A DNA stretch of 64,000 nucleotides from a virus, in IMG/VR virus record IMGVR_UViG_3300030061_003170. The stretch is one strand, 5' to 3'. The translations under genes were made by a program, and so were the position numbers. This document shows positions 17,601 to 25,443 of the stretch, piece after piece. The notes under the pieces are model-generated. The model had not been told where the DNA came from. It made no database searches and saw nothing but the letters and a program-made list of their open reading frames with translations. Each line of letters begins with the position of its first letter. Position 1 is the first letter of the stretch.

Positions 17601-17851
17601 TTCCCATCGTGGTTACCGAGAATGACATAGGTTGGTGCAATGTCTGCCAAGTTTTTAAGAAAGTCAGAACACAACTCAAAATACTCTGGGGACAATTGCG
17701 TTTTTGTGTGAGCAATATCTCCCGTATGGATAATGTAGTCAGGTTGTTCTCTTTCAAGAGATTCGTAAATCTGTTTGAAGACTATTTTATATTCTTCTTG
17801 ATACTTTACATTTCTAATATGTGTATCGCTAATGTGAGCAAATCTAGTCAT
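14696..17851 (-). CDS. Fused Mre11/SbcD nuclease - Rad50/SbcC ATPase (gp47-gp46 fusion)
   Basis: Metallophosphoesterase motifs HISDTH, TGDIAH, LGNHD, LYHG, LGDIH; then Walker A GKNYSGKSS, coiled coil with Zn-hook CRFC, signature SMGSGAEK, Walker B FILDEP, H-loop LISH. One uninterrupted 1051 aa ORF. Confidence 0.92.
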   Translation of the reverse strand: MTRFAHISDTHIRNVKYQEEYKIVFKQIYESLEREQPDYIIHTGDIAHTKTQLSPEYFELCSDFLKNLADIAPTYVILGNHDGNLKNDNRQDAITPIIEALGHPNLHLLKNSGETRLGKKITLNVLSVFDRDNWKAPSSKSRINIALYHGAIRGCKISDGFTLESGEDSINIFDEFDYAMLGDIHRRQKLDEEGRIWYAGSTVQQNFGESLLKGYLLWDIRGKKKFKVEPRLFMSPRPFVTVEVNQDGTLPKTDVPRNARLRLVSHYNLPLAKLRRACDYARTKWSAYTVNFVNKAGYSGLGLDGNNPDSKIINMRDPNTQEKYIKEFLADKEITDDVLDRIIELNSNYNKQIETSEDVSRNIIWKLRKMKWNNLFNYGEKNELDFTKLNGLVGIFGKNYSGKSSIIDSVLFGMFNTTSKTERKNVHLINQNKEKARVQLDIGVGNDTFKITRSLEAYEKKSKGTITKEAKTDLDFTKYALGTMAESKNGTTRNETDLNIRRAFGTFEDFMITSMSSQLDSLGFINEGSTKRKEILAKFLDLQMFEEKHKLAKKDSAELKGIIKHLSTIDWNKKLVHGQEALEEILEEIEQQSGLCEKLKARIKELEEESDLIGDQLRSVEDGWIDITQVESNLEEKEREKSNLVGKIKLMNVSRLEFENKLRSAINNLNPEELSRLDGLVQKHKELLYEHEQMSLDLKPKETKLRNLNKKIAMLHDHEYDPDCRFCCDNKFVKDANKAKGEAPVIEQQIKTLQDEIVFLESEMEALDFDTITEKRDQLASFEEQKTDFEAKIQKITTQIQMWNATKQLVKSEIRELRKKKDHYYENQEAFDNIDSLKRDVRSVRAMIENKTRDLARCEKKTMGLVSEEGATRQQIKEAEAKLAEIQTYERDYIAYDLFIQAMHPNGVSYRVIRSMLSVINSEIAKILNSIVDFEVFFDNVGSKLEIYIKHPKYDPRPLSMGSGAEKTIASMAIRLGLISITNLPKSELFILDEPATALDAEHMDGFIRLLQMIKSQFKTVLLISHLETLKDVVDMTIDIQKKDGYAHVQI

Positions 17852-17886
17852 TGTTCCTCCTGCGTATAGATTCGATATCCTCGGGA

Positions 17887-17893
17887 CTATTTA
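17887..17893 (+). promoter_or_regulatory. Putative late promoter motif CTATTTA driving the plus-strand ORF
   Basis: The motif lies 21 nt upstream of ATG 17915, oriented with the only plausible plus-strand gene. Confidence 0.5.
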
Positions 17894-17914
17894 GAAATAC
17901 CGGGGGTCTCATGA

Positions 17915-18082
17915 ATGAACTGGTTGGCTGTTTTTTTAGTCATGATAATTGCAATTTTTTCAACTGATCTTATTAACTCTGTTAGGGATCGGCGACAATT
18001 TGATCTTACGGATGACTACGTGACAGCACCAGTTTTTGGAATTATTTTTCTTGCCGCTTTATTAAGCGGACTCTTCCTCTAA
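17915..18082 (+). CDS. 55 aa two-TM membrane protein (only plus-strand gene; below the ORF-track cutoff)
   Basis: MNWLAVFLVMIIAIFSTDLINSVRDRRQFDLTDDYVTAPVFGIIFLAALLSGLFL*; fills the 17852-18061 gap; GGGGG SD-like element upstream. Confidence 0.65.
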   Translation: MNWLAVFLVMIIAIFSTDLINSVRDRRQFDLTDDYVTAPVFGIIFLAALLSGLFL

Positions 18083-18277
18083 GCCATCTAGAGGTATTTT
18101 TAGTTGTTCTAGTGCCTCTACTGCTGCCATGACATCATCATAGCCTTCTCTTATAAACTCATAGTAGATAGCCTGAACGTCGTCCTTTAGTCCGTAGTTA
18201 TCTGCGTGACGTTCTGCGGCCTCCAGCCAAGTCTCGTCTTCATCGCGATAAAGCGGCATAAAAATATCCTTACTCAT
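18062..18277 (-). CDS. Hypothetical acidic protein
   Basis: 71 aa; ATGA overlap with thioredoxin; SD AGGAG. Confidence 0.65.
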   Translation of the reverse strand: MSKDIFMPLYRDEDETWLEAAERHADNYGLKDDVQAIYYEFIREGYDDVMAAVEALEQLKIPLDGLEEESA

Positions 18278-18594
18278 GAGTTCTCCTTATTTGAATTAAT
18301 GAAACCATTGATCTCATCTGTACCTTTGGCACCAATAAGTTCCGCGACATCTTCACCGTTGACAAACATAAGTAGTCGAGGTACAGATCTAACATTGTAA
18401 TGATTAATTAGTGATCTGTCCATTGAGTCAATGTCCACTTTGTAAAAATAAACGTCTGAGTGTTCAGGTGTTACACTAGCCATTGTCCTACTCAGAACCT
18501 TGCACGGTTGACACCATCCTGCTGAAAACTGTACTATCACGTTCCCTGCGGAAGTTAACTCTTCAAATTTCTCTCTATTGTCTATAACTTGCAT
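18274..18594 (-). CDS. trxA: Thioredoxin
   Basis: FSAGWCQPCK active site, VDID, VRSVP cis-Pro motif. Confidence 0.92.
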   Translation of the reverse strand: MQVIDNREKFEELTSAGNVIVQFSAGWCQPCKVLSRTMASVTPEHSDVYFYKVDIDSMDRSLINHYNVRSVPRLLMFVNGEDVAELIGAKGTDEINGFINSNKENS

Positions 18595-18616
18595 TGTTTT
18601 TTTCCTTTGTTGATAT

Positions 18617-18702
18617 TGGTGGGATTGGGGGGACTTGAACCCCCACGCTCAATGAGCAACAGATTTTAAGTCTGGTGTGTCTACCGATTCCACCACAATC
18701 CC
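18617..18702 (-). tRNA. tRNA-Leu (anticodon UAA)
   Basis: GGGATTGTGGTGGAATCGGTAGACACACCAGACTTAAAATCTGTTGCTCATTGAGCGTGGGGGTTCAAGTCCCCCCAATCCCACCA: acceptor stem, long variable arm, GTTCAA T-loop and encoded CCA. Confidence 0.95.
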
Positions 18703-18710
18703 ATACTTGT

Positions 18711-18738
18711 AATGTAACATGTTTATAATTTTTGTCAA
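18711..18738 (-). promoter_or_regulatory. sigma70-type promoter for tRNA/trx
   Basis: TTGACA-16 nt-TACATT with extended TG, immediately upstream of the tRNA. Confidence 0.6.
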
Positions 18739-19673
18739 ATATTATTTAGCATTTTTTCTAAAAAATACATTTCATTGTCTATCGGTACTGATAGTCGTAG
18801 TTTGTCCTTGAACGTTTCCGGACTCATTGACCCGATGTCTTCATAGTCGCCAATGGGGACTTTATAAATCTCAACATCGTATTGAAGCATCGACATAATA
18901 ATCCACCTTGCTTTCTTCTCTGCATCTGGATCTAAGGCGAGATACACTGGTGTATCATGTGCAGCAATTGCTTGGAACAGCAGCGACTCAGTTCGTAGCG
19001 TTGAGCCAAGAATAGGAACGGCGTTATCACCAGCAACGATTGCATCAAACACGCCCTCAACAAGTATGAGAGGCTCATCCCAATCAACGCTCAACTCATT
19101 AAAGATGATATCTCTACCGCAAGGCGGATTAAGATACCTACGGTTATGCCCAACGTAAGAGCGAGCGATAAAATAGTTAACGTCCCCATCAGCATTAAAC
19201 GATGGTATAATGACTCTCCCGCCATATTTTCCTTTCTCGCAGTATCCGATCTTCCACCTAAGGATCTCATTTTTTTCTATGCCTCGATTGTATAAATAGT
19301 CTAAAGCACGATTAGAACCCAAAGGTAAGTGCCTATTGCATAAAGAAACAAACTCATTTGGGAGGTCGATCACTTGTTGCTCTTCCACATCGTTTATTTC
19401 ATTCATGATTTTGTCAAATTCTGACAAATCCAAACGACCGATCAGTTCAAGATACTGTTGTCGTTGCTTGTAATTGCCAAACTTGCGGACAAGACGATAG
19501 ATGTTCTTGCCACGCTGATCACATACCCAGCACTTGAAAGCGTTCAGTGAAAAGTTGACTGACATCTTTTTCTTGTGATGGCCACAGTATGGACAATGGA
19601 ATAGATATTCATCATTGGATCTTCTGTAAGACCCTAGAACTTCTGTCAAAATTTTAAGTTTGTTGTGTTGCAT
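18735..19673 (-). CDS. DNA primase (Zn finger + TOPRIM)
   Basis: CPYC...CWVC Zn finger, GRVIIPS, LVEGVFD and LALDPDA TOPRIM motifs. Confidence 0.9.
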   Translation of the reverse strand: MQHNKLKILTEVLGSYRRSNDEYLFHCPYCGHHKKKMSVNFSLNAFKCWVCDQRGKNIYRLVRKFGNYKQRQQYLELIGRLDLSEFDKIMNEINDVEEQQVIDLPNEFVSLCNRHLPLGSNRALDYLYNRGIEKNEILRWKIGYCEKGKYGGRVIIPSFNADGDVNYFIARSYVGHNRRYLNPPCGRDIIFNELSVDWDEPLILVEGVFDAIVAGDNAVPILGSTLRTESLLFQAIAAHDTPVYLALDPDAEKKARWIIMSMLQYDVEIYKVPIGDYEDIGSMSPETFKDKLRLSVPIDNEMYFLEKMLNNI

Positions 19674-19690
19674 TTTTGCCTCTCATAAAA

Positions 19691-19719
19691 AACGTATCAT
19701 GGTGGGGCAAGTTTGTCAA
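19691..19719 (-). promoter_or_regulatory. sigma70-type promoter for primase
   Basis: TTGACA-17 nt-TACGTT with extended TG, in the intergenic gap. Confidence 0.6.
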
Positions 19720-19729
19720 GTATTTTTGG

Positions 19730-20233
19730 TTAAATTCCTGAGAGGGCAACAATAACAGAATCAGCCATGTCGTCTGTACCGGGCTTTGGATTTCCGTGCC
19801 TCGTTAGTTCAACGACAAAATCATTAGGGTATTCGTTAGCAACCCATTCAATAATCATCTTCTTCGTGTCGTCTCCACGTTTAATCTTCAGACCAACTTT
19901 CTTTCTGGCTGATGTAGCATTCACAAGTTCGGCTTCCATCTCGAACACAATTGGAATCAAAATAGATATCATTCCATTGAATCGCTGAAGTTTACTCATT
20001 GTCATAGCAGTTGTTCTACCACCAGAGAAAGCCATGAAAGGTGCTTCAATTACAACTTTGTTTATTTTATATTTATTATTTATATTATTTAATATCTCAT
20101 AAAACTCAAGTGCTCTTGTCTCTAAAGACACAGAAGACTTAAATTTCTTAAACTCACACATAAGGAGTTTTTTATCTTGATCAATTATTGAGTAGCCGAT
20201 CTTACTGCTACTTACGTCTAAACCTAATATCAT
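19730..20233 (-). CDS. RuvC-like Holliday junction resolvase
   Basis: MILGLDVS...VVIEAP...DDMADS acidic catalytic residues of the RNase H/RuvC fold. Confidence 0.85.
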   Translation of the reverse strand: MILGLDVSSSKIGYSIIDQDKKLLMCEFKKFKSSVSLETRALEFYEILNNINNKYKINKVVIEAPFMAFSGGRTTAMTMSKLQRFNGMISILIPIVFEMEAELVNATSARKKVGLKIKRGDDTKKMIIEWVANEYPNDFVVELTRHGNPKPGTDDMADSVIVALSGI

Positions 20234-20238
20234 AATAT

Positions 20239-20267
20239 ATTATAACACATTTAACATTAAATGTCAA
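20239..20267 (-). promoter_or_regulatory. Consensus sigma70 promoter; probably a leaderless ruvC-like mRNA
   Basis: TTGACA-17 nt-TATAAT with extended TG; the ATG is only 5 nt after the -10 box and has no SD. Confidence 0.75.
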
Positions 20268-21444
20268 GTTTTAATTTAAACAAAAACTCTCTGTCTTCTG
20301 TTTTTCTCACAGGAGTTGCAAGTTTTGCATAGCCAATCAGATTCTTATCTTCATCATATAAGGCGACCTTGGAGATATATGTCTCCTTTTGAAACGGAGG
20401 GGTAGAGCCTGTAAACGGCGAATGGACAACATTAGCAATCTCCATGTTTGGCTCGGTATACATATAAGAGGAAGTTGCTTTTGTTATAAATCGCCTTGTC
20501 ACATTTGTATCTTTTAAATAAGTTGGGTTGTTTGAGTGGTTGAGTTCATTATATGGTGCTTTTGCTAACATGGTCACTGTCTGAATGTCGTTGGTCCCCT
20601 GAAACTCTATACCAAAGGAAGCAGATAGTGTTGTTAGTTGGACATCTGTTGGTGTTAAGCCATCATTTGCCCCCCGACCAAAGTAAATCCACCGAGGAGT
20701 ACCAGCAGTTGAATTATCAACAAGGTTTGCTATTGAGGTGGAGTCCAATTCTGCGGATGCTGTGAGTAAAATAACTCCTTCGTTGTAAAGTATAGAACCC
20801 ACAACACCACCAGTAGTTGAACCAGAAACTTGAACAAGATCACCATTAAATCGAGAGTCGGATGCTTGAGCAGCCAATGTACCAGACACATACCATTTAA
20901 GATTAACTGAGCCTTTCTTAATTGATGAACCATAAAAAATACTTGGTATTGTAATCATGTTCACAGCATTAATGTTTGAACTTGGAGTTGAATAGTAAGT
21001 TTCAAAATCATAACGTGGAGAAAGGTAGGCATAATGGTTCACTGTGTTCTTGAGTGCCTGTAATCTACGATAGTCTGTGTCTGTTGTGCTATTAACAAAA
21101 TATCTTGTGATAGAAGCAGAGAGATTGTAACTTGATGTTATCTGGTCTCCGCCATAACCATACTGTGTATTCCAGTCTTTCTTGTTTATTGTCTTGAAGG
21201 TATTCTTAAAGCCATCCTTTGTAACAAAAGGGTAGATTGTCTGGTTGGTGGCGCGATTTATATTATATTCATAGAGCGAGATAAACCCCACAGGCACACC
21301 CTTGATATTATCAGAGTATGTGCCGGAGATATTTGTTTCATTATTGATATATACGGAGCCACTTTGGATGTAGAAATCTACGTCCGGGTATGTCTTTAAT
21401 GTATTGACGAAAAGATCGTCTTCTGTAAATTTGTAGTATGACAT
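20257..21444 (-). CDS. Virion (baseplate/tail) structural protein
   Basis: 395 aa, S/T/G-rich; C-terminus YISKVALYDEDKNLIGYAKLATPVRK...KLDI is paralogous to that of 21451..22548. Confidence 0.7.
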   Translation of the reverse strand: MSYYKFTEDDLFVNTLKTYPDVDFYIQSGSVYINNETNISGTYSDNIKGVPVGFISLYEYNINRATNQTIYPFVTKDGFKNTFKTINKKDWNTQYGYGGDQITSSYNLSASITRYFVNSTTDTDYRRLQALKNTVNHYAYLSPRYDFETYYSTPSSNINAVNMITIPSIFYGSSIKKGSVNLKWYVSGTLAAQASDSRFNGDLVQVSGSTTGGVVGSILYNEGVILLTASAELDSTSIANLVDNSTAGTPRWIYFGRGANDGLTPTDVQLTTLSASFGIEFQGTNDIQTVTMLAKAPYNELNHSNNPTYLKDTNVTRRFITKATSSYMYTEPNMEIANVVHSPFTGSTPPFQKETYISKVALYDEDKNLIGYAKLATPVRKTEDREFLFKLKLDI

Positions 21445-21450
21445 AACATT

Positions 21451-22548
21451 TTAGTAGTCCAATCTGGCACGGATAGTAAATTCTGTATCTGGTGACTTCT
21501 TCAAAGGTTCTGATAATTTAGCGGTTGCCATCAACTCATTGTTGTCGTTGTAAAGACCAACAGTGGTGATATATGACACAGGATTATCAGTTGATTGAGA
21601 CTTAACTCGGATCTTTGATCCAGATACATAAGTCGGGTTCGAACTGTAGTTGAATTCATTGTGATTTGCTCGACAGAAGTAAACAGTTGAATTCAATTCA
21701 GTCGTGTTGTTAAATTGGAGATTATAAATTCTGTTTCGAATCGCATCAGCAGATGATGAAATCTCAGATCCGGACACAAATTGAAAGCCTGAAGGCCCAC
21801 TAGTGGATGATAAATTAGTGCTATTAAGTGTATTGTTTAGAATACCGCCGAGAGCGGTGTCGTTAAATACAGATCCTGAGATAACAGCGATACCAGCCTG
21901 ATAGAAAATCAAACCAACTGAGTATCTCTGCGCTAATCCTGTTACATCTGTTCCCTTACTTCCTGTGGCGGAAAGAATACCATATTCTCCAGCAGGAGAG
22001 TTCACTAGATAACTAGGAGATGCCAAAGAAGCACTGTAGTCTGTGATTTTTATTCTGTTGTTAAAAACAGCACCGTTTTGTGCATAGGCATCATCTATAC
22101 CAAGTTCCAACTCAAAGGTTCCTTTTTTAATTTCATCTTTGACCAAAAGCCTAGAGAAATTTAAAAAGAACACGTTGTTTACTTTTCTTCCACCATCAAG
22201 CAAATTACCATCTTCATCAAATCTAAGTATTGAACCAGTGGCATCATAACCCATTAAAACTTGGGCCATTTGATTATAAATGTTCTTTTTCTTAACCGCT
22301 TGTACTGTGGTTGAGTCAAAAAGGTTAGAACCAACAGAACTCAAGCCAATGGTTATATCAAAAATATGATTAGCAGATGAACTCAAATAAGGATAATCAT
22401 AAACAGATTGAAACATGCCATGAGTATAATTTTTAATGTTATTGTCGTCGTAAGTACCGGACACAATAGTTCCAGTTAATGGAATTGCTTCATGAAGCAG
22501 TGTTCTTGTTGAAACTACATCGTTTTCATTTAATGGTTTGTATGTCAT
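21451..22548 (-). CDS. Virion (baseplate/tail) structural protein
   Basis: 365 aa; FNYSSNPTY...YITTVGLYNDNNELMATAKLSEPLKK...RLDY. Confidence 0.7.
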   Translation of the reverse strand: MTYKPLNENDVVSTRTLLHEAIPLTGTIVSGTYDDNNIKNYTHGMFQSVYDYPYLSSSANHIFDITIGLSSVGSNLFDSTTVQAVKKKNIYNQMAQVLMGYDATGSILRFDEDGNLLDGGRKVNNVFFLNFSRLLVKDEIKKGTFELELGIDDAYAQNGAVFNNRIKITDYSASLASPSYLVNSPAGEYGILSATGSKGTDVTGLAQRYSVGLIFYQAGIAVISGSVFNDTALGGILNNTLNSTNLSSTSGPSGFQFVSGSEISSSADAIRNRIYNLQFNNTTELNSTVYFCRANHNEFNYSSNPTYVSGSKIRVKSQSTDNPVSYITTVGLYNDNNELMATAKLSEPLKKSPDTEFTIRARLDY

Positions 22549-22557
22549 TTTCTATCC

Positions 22558-23508
22558 TTATTGAAGTCTAATGTACCGTACTGGTACGTCTAAGAAACCA
22601 CCTGTTTTAACACCGGTAATTCTAACATTTGTGTCGATGAAACGAACATTACTAGTACCAGCACCACCAGGTGTTCTGTTAGCCAAAGTATCAGTTCCGC
22701 CTAGTTCAGTAAATAGGTAAGAACTTGTATTTGTGTCCATTGAAGACTTGATCTTAAATGATACACGGGTACCTCTTGGTCCACTAATTGCCTCAGTTGT
22801 TACATTCCCATCCTCAAGAATCTCAGTTACAAAAGTATCTCCAAGATCTACGGTATAGTATGCAACGTTGTCATCGTCTATATAATCAGGGGTAGCCTCG
22901 GTACCTTCACGATCAGTTAATTTACCTAGTCTATTGTCCATCTGTATGATATAACTGGTCTCTTTCAATTCGTCGTCAAGTTTTCTCTTTGGAGAAATTT
23001 CAGTGGTGTTAAGCCCTTGATCAACTTGAATATAGTTTTCGCTAGCGAGAGTCTCTCCGCGAAGGAAACCTTGGACAATTGCACCATCCGCACTCACGGC
23101 AACACCAGTAGTGGTTGAAGTACTTCCATCATTGTCTTCAGTTTCTGCATTAACCGCGATCAAAAAAGCATTCTTTGTCGAGTGTCGCTTGGTGTTATTG
23201 TTTCTTTCATTAAGAACACAAACAGGCAAAAACAGTAACTCAAGATTATCATAAGTTAAAAGCCTAGTCTTAACGCTAGATGCGTTGTTTGTGAATGCCT
23301 CCAGTATAGGTGTTTGAAGGATTGAAAGATCATAGTAAGAACTACCACTAGGGTGATTCTTGTTGTAAAGAGAGTAGTCAATCTCTTCATCCGCAAGAGC
23401 AAATTTTGTGATCTGGAATGAACCGTCACCCTTTGCTAAAACTTTTCTTCCGTGGTCTGTAAGTACGACATCTAGAATAATGTCGCCGCTGTTGTCTAAA
23501 AAGGCCAT
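22558..23508 (-). CDS. Virion (baseplate/tail) structural protein
   Basis: 316 aa; MAFLDNSGDIILDVVLTDHGRKVLAKG..FQITKFALADEEIDYSLY; late motif and SD upstream. Confidence 0.7.
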   Translation of the reverse strand: MAFLDNSGDIILDVVLTDHGRKVLAKGDGSFQITKFALADEEIDYSLYNKNHPSGSSYYDLSILQTPILEAFTNNASSVKTRLLTYDNLELLFLPVCVLNERNNNTKRHSTKNAFLIAVNAETEDNDGSTSTTTGVAVSADGAIVQGFLRGETLASENYIQVDQGLNTTEISPKRKLDDELKETSYIIQMDNRLGKLTDREGTEATPDYIDDDNVAYYTVDLGDTFVTEILEDGNVTTEAISGPRGTRVSFKIKSSMDTNTSSYLFTELGGTDTLANRTPGGAGTSNVRFIDTNVRITGVKTGGFLDVPVRYIRLQ

Positions 23509-23533
23509 TTAATAACTCCCATTACATCTTTAA

Positions 23534-23540
23534 TAAATAG
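23534..23540 (-). promoter_or_regulatory. Putative late promoter motif CTATTTA
   Basis: Intergenic, 25 nt upstream of ATG 23508. Confidence 0.55.
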
Positions 23541-23547
23541 AATTAAC

Positions 23548-25443
23548 TTAGAATTCTTCTTCTGATTTATTTTTCTTCAATTTAAAATTTACGTTATAAT
23601 CAATTATTTTACCTGTTGTTGTAGATTTAACTCGTATTTTAAACCTCTTTCCCCAAACAGATTCCTGAGCAACTCCCAACTTTAATCGATCAATCGTCCC
23701 CTTATAAGTATCTTTATTGAACAAAACATCCTGTTCTTCCTCAAATAAAGTTTGTTCAATGACCGGGGTTACCTGAAAGAGGCTTTTGAAAGTCTTCGAC
23801 AATTGATACGTCTCTTGCTTTGGAAACTCATATTTATTTACCATAACTTTGGCATTGTCTGCATCGACTAATAGTTCCACTTCAAAAATAGGCGAGGGGT
23901 TTGATACCAAGTCTTTTTCGTTTATCTTACGAAACATGTAGTAGTATTTAGTGTTAGGAGTCACTCGATCAACAAACATTGCATCATCAGTTTTAAAAGG
24001 GGCACCTATCTCTATTAACTTATTGTCCCTAAAATCATCATAAGATGTTGGCGGGATTTTTGTCTTAAAAATTTCATATAGGCCATCTTCTCGGCTTGTG
24101 CTAAATTCAAATAATTGTTTTCCTTCTTGCCTATTAATTGTCATTTCTTGAAGTTGCTTGTCGTCTTCTGATAGAACCGTGATAAACTCTCCCAACATCC
24201 GACCTTTTGTTGGAGACAAATAAATGCTTATTTTATTCTCAGAATTCATTTTTGTAACAAATCGAACATTCGGTGGTAACGATGGCGGTTGGATAACTTT
24301 AATTGTCTGGTTGAACATCTCAAAGGGAACAATAACCACAGTTGGCTTATTAACGACATCTATTAAAGCAGTGTCCTCCACAAAACGAAGGTTGGTGTAT
24401 CGATAACTATTCCCTACTATAATGTAATGTGCGGTGCCCTTATAGGCATAGGTTTCACCATATTTTATCTGTGAGTCCAAAAATGTTGATATATCATCTT
24501 CTGCTGGTATGTAAATTTGCTGTAATTTAGGGTCGATTGAGACACCTAAGTACTTATCTATACTATAACAAAAGTCCTCCTTATAGCACTCATTATTTGC
24601 AACAACATCTTTAAATGTTCTAAAGTTCTTTGATAATTGTCTCACATAAGACAAAAACAGGGTTCTTTTAAACGTTTTAATCATGTTCGAGTCGTCTATT
24701 CTGTTCTCTGAGTATAAATCTGACTCAAAAGATTCGGAGTATACCCAATTTAATAAATTGTATATAGGCACACTTGTGTCGCTGGAAACAACCTGGTTGT
24801 TTTGTATGTTGAAAGATATTTCTGATTTTTCTCCCTCTAGATAGTCATTCAATACTGTCTCGTACAATCCGACTTTTCTCAAGAAGTTAGTGAAGTCATT
24901 TGCTACTCTATTCTTAATTGAAATCTCATTATAGTAAGGTTTGTCATTAACCTCTTGGTGTCCGCCTGGTAATATCATACGTGACAAATCTGCACCTGCT
25001 GGTACATTAAATACTGCTTGAAGTGCTGCCTCTGGAAGATCAACTGAGATTCTATCATACTCTGGTGAGTTAAAATTAAATTTACTAAACACATCATATG
25101 TGGCAATCGTCTTGTTTAGAGAAATCGCTTGTACATCTAAGGCATTTTGAGGAACTTGAAAGGTGGTGTAGTGATCAGTGTAATCAGTGTCGAGGGTCAA
25201 GTTTTGTGATATTAGGTTTTCTATTGAATCACTGGTCTTTGTGGTCAACTTAATAGTTTGCACCTCTGCTATGATCCCATCTTCCTGTTTTATTCTACGG
25301 TTGCCATATTCCATATTAAACAATCGAGAATCTATCACTTTGATTCTAGAGACACCAAAGTCATAGTTGTCAACTACTTTTGCAAAACCAGTGGCAGATT
25401 TCAGGTTTTCCTGTATCGCTTCTGCTATCTTTACTTTTGGCAT
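23548..25443 (-). CDS. Hypothetical protein (tail/baseplate block)
   Basis: 631 aa; FN3-like DRVTPNTKYYYMFR segments. Confidence 0.7.
   Translation of the reverse strand: MPKVKIAEAIQENLKSATGFAKVVDNYDFGVSRIKVIDSRLFNMEYGNRRIKQEDGIIAEVQTIKLTTKTSDSIENLISQNLTLDTDYTDHYTTFQVPQNALDVQAISLNKTIATYDVFSKFNFNSPEYDRISVDLPEAALQAVFNVPAGADLSRMILPGGHQEVNDKPYYNEISIKNRVANDFTNFLRKVGLYETVLNDYLEGEKSEISFNIQNNQVVSSDTSVPIYNLLNWVYSESFESDLYSENRIDDSNMIKTFKRTLFLSYVRQLSKNFRTFKDVVANNECYKEDFCYSIDKYLGVSIDPKLQQIYIPAEDDISTFLDSQIKYGETYAYKGTAHYIIVGNSYRYTNLRFVEDTALIDVVNKPTVVIVPFEMFNQTIKVIQPPSLPPNVRFVTKMNSENKISIYLSPTKGRMLGEFITVLSEDDKQLQEMTINRQEGKQLFEFSTSREDGLYEIFKTKIPPTSYDDFRDNKLIEIGAPFKTDDAMFVDRVTPNTKYYYMFRKINEKDLVSNPSPIFEVELLVDADNAKVMVNKYEFPKQETYQLSKTFKSLFQVTPVIEQTLFEEEQDVLFNKDTYKGTIDRLKLGVAQESVWGKRFKIRVKSTTTGKIIDYNVNFKLKKNKSEEEF

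Noticed and set aside
7866-19673. Introns or inteins in portal, TerL, primase or Mre11-Rad50
   Set aside because: Lengths are normal, motifs are contiguous, and there are no intein or homing-endonuclease signatures.
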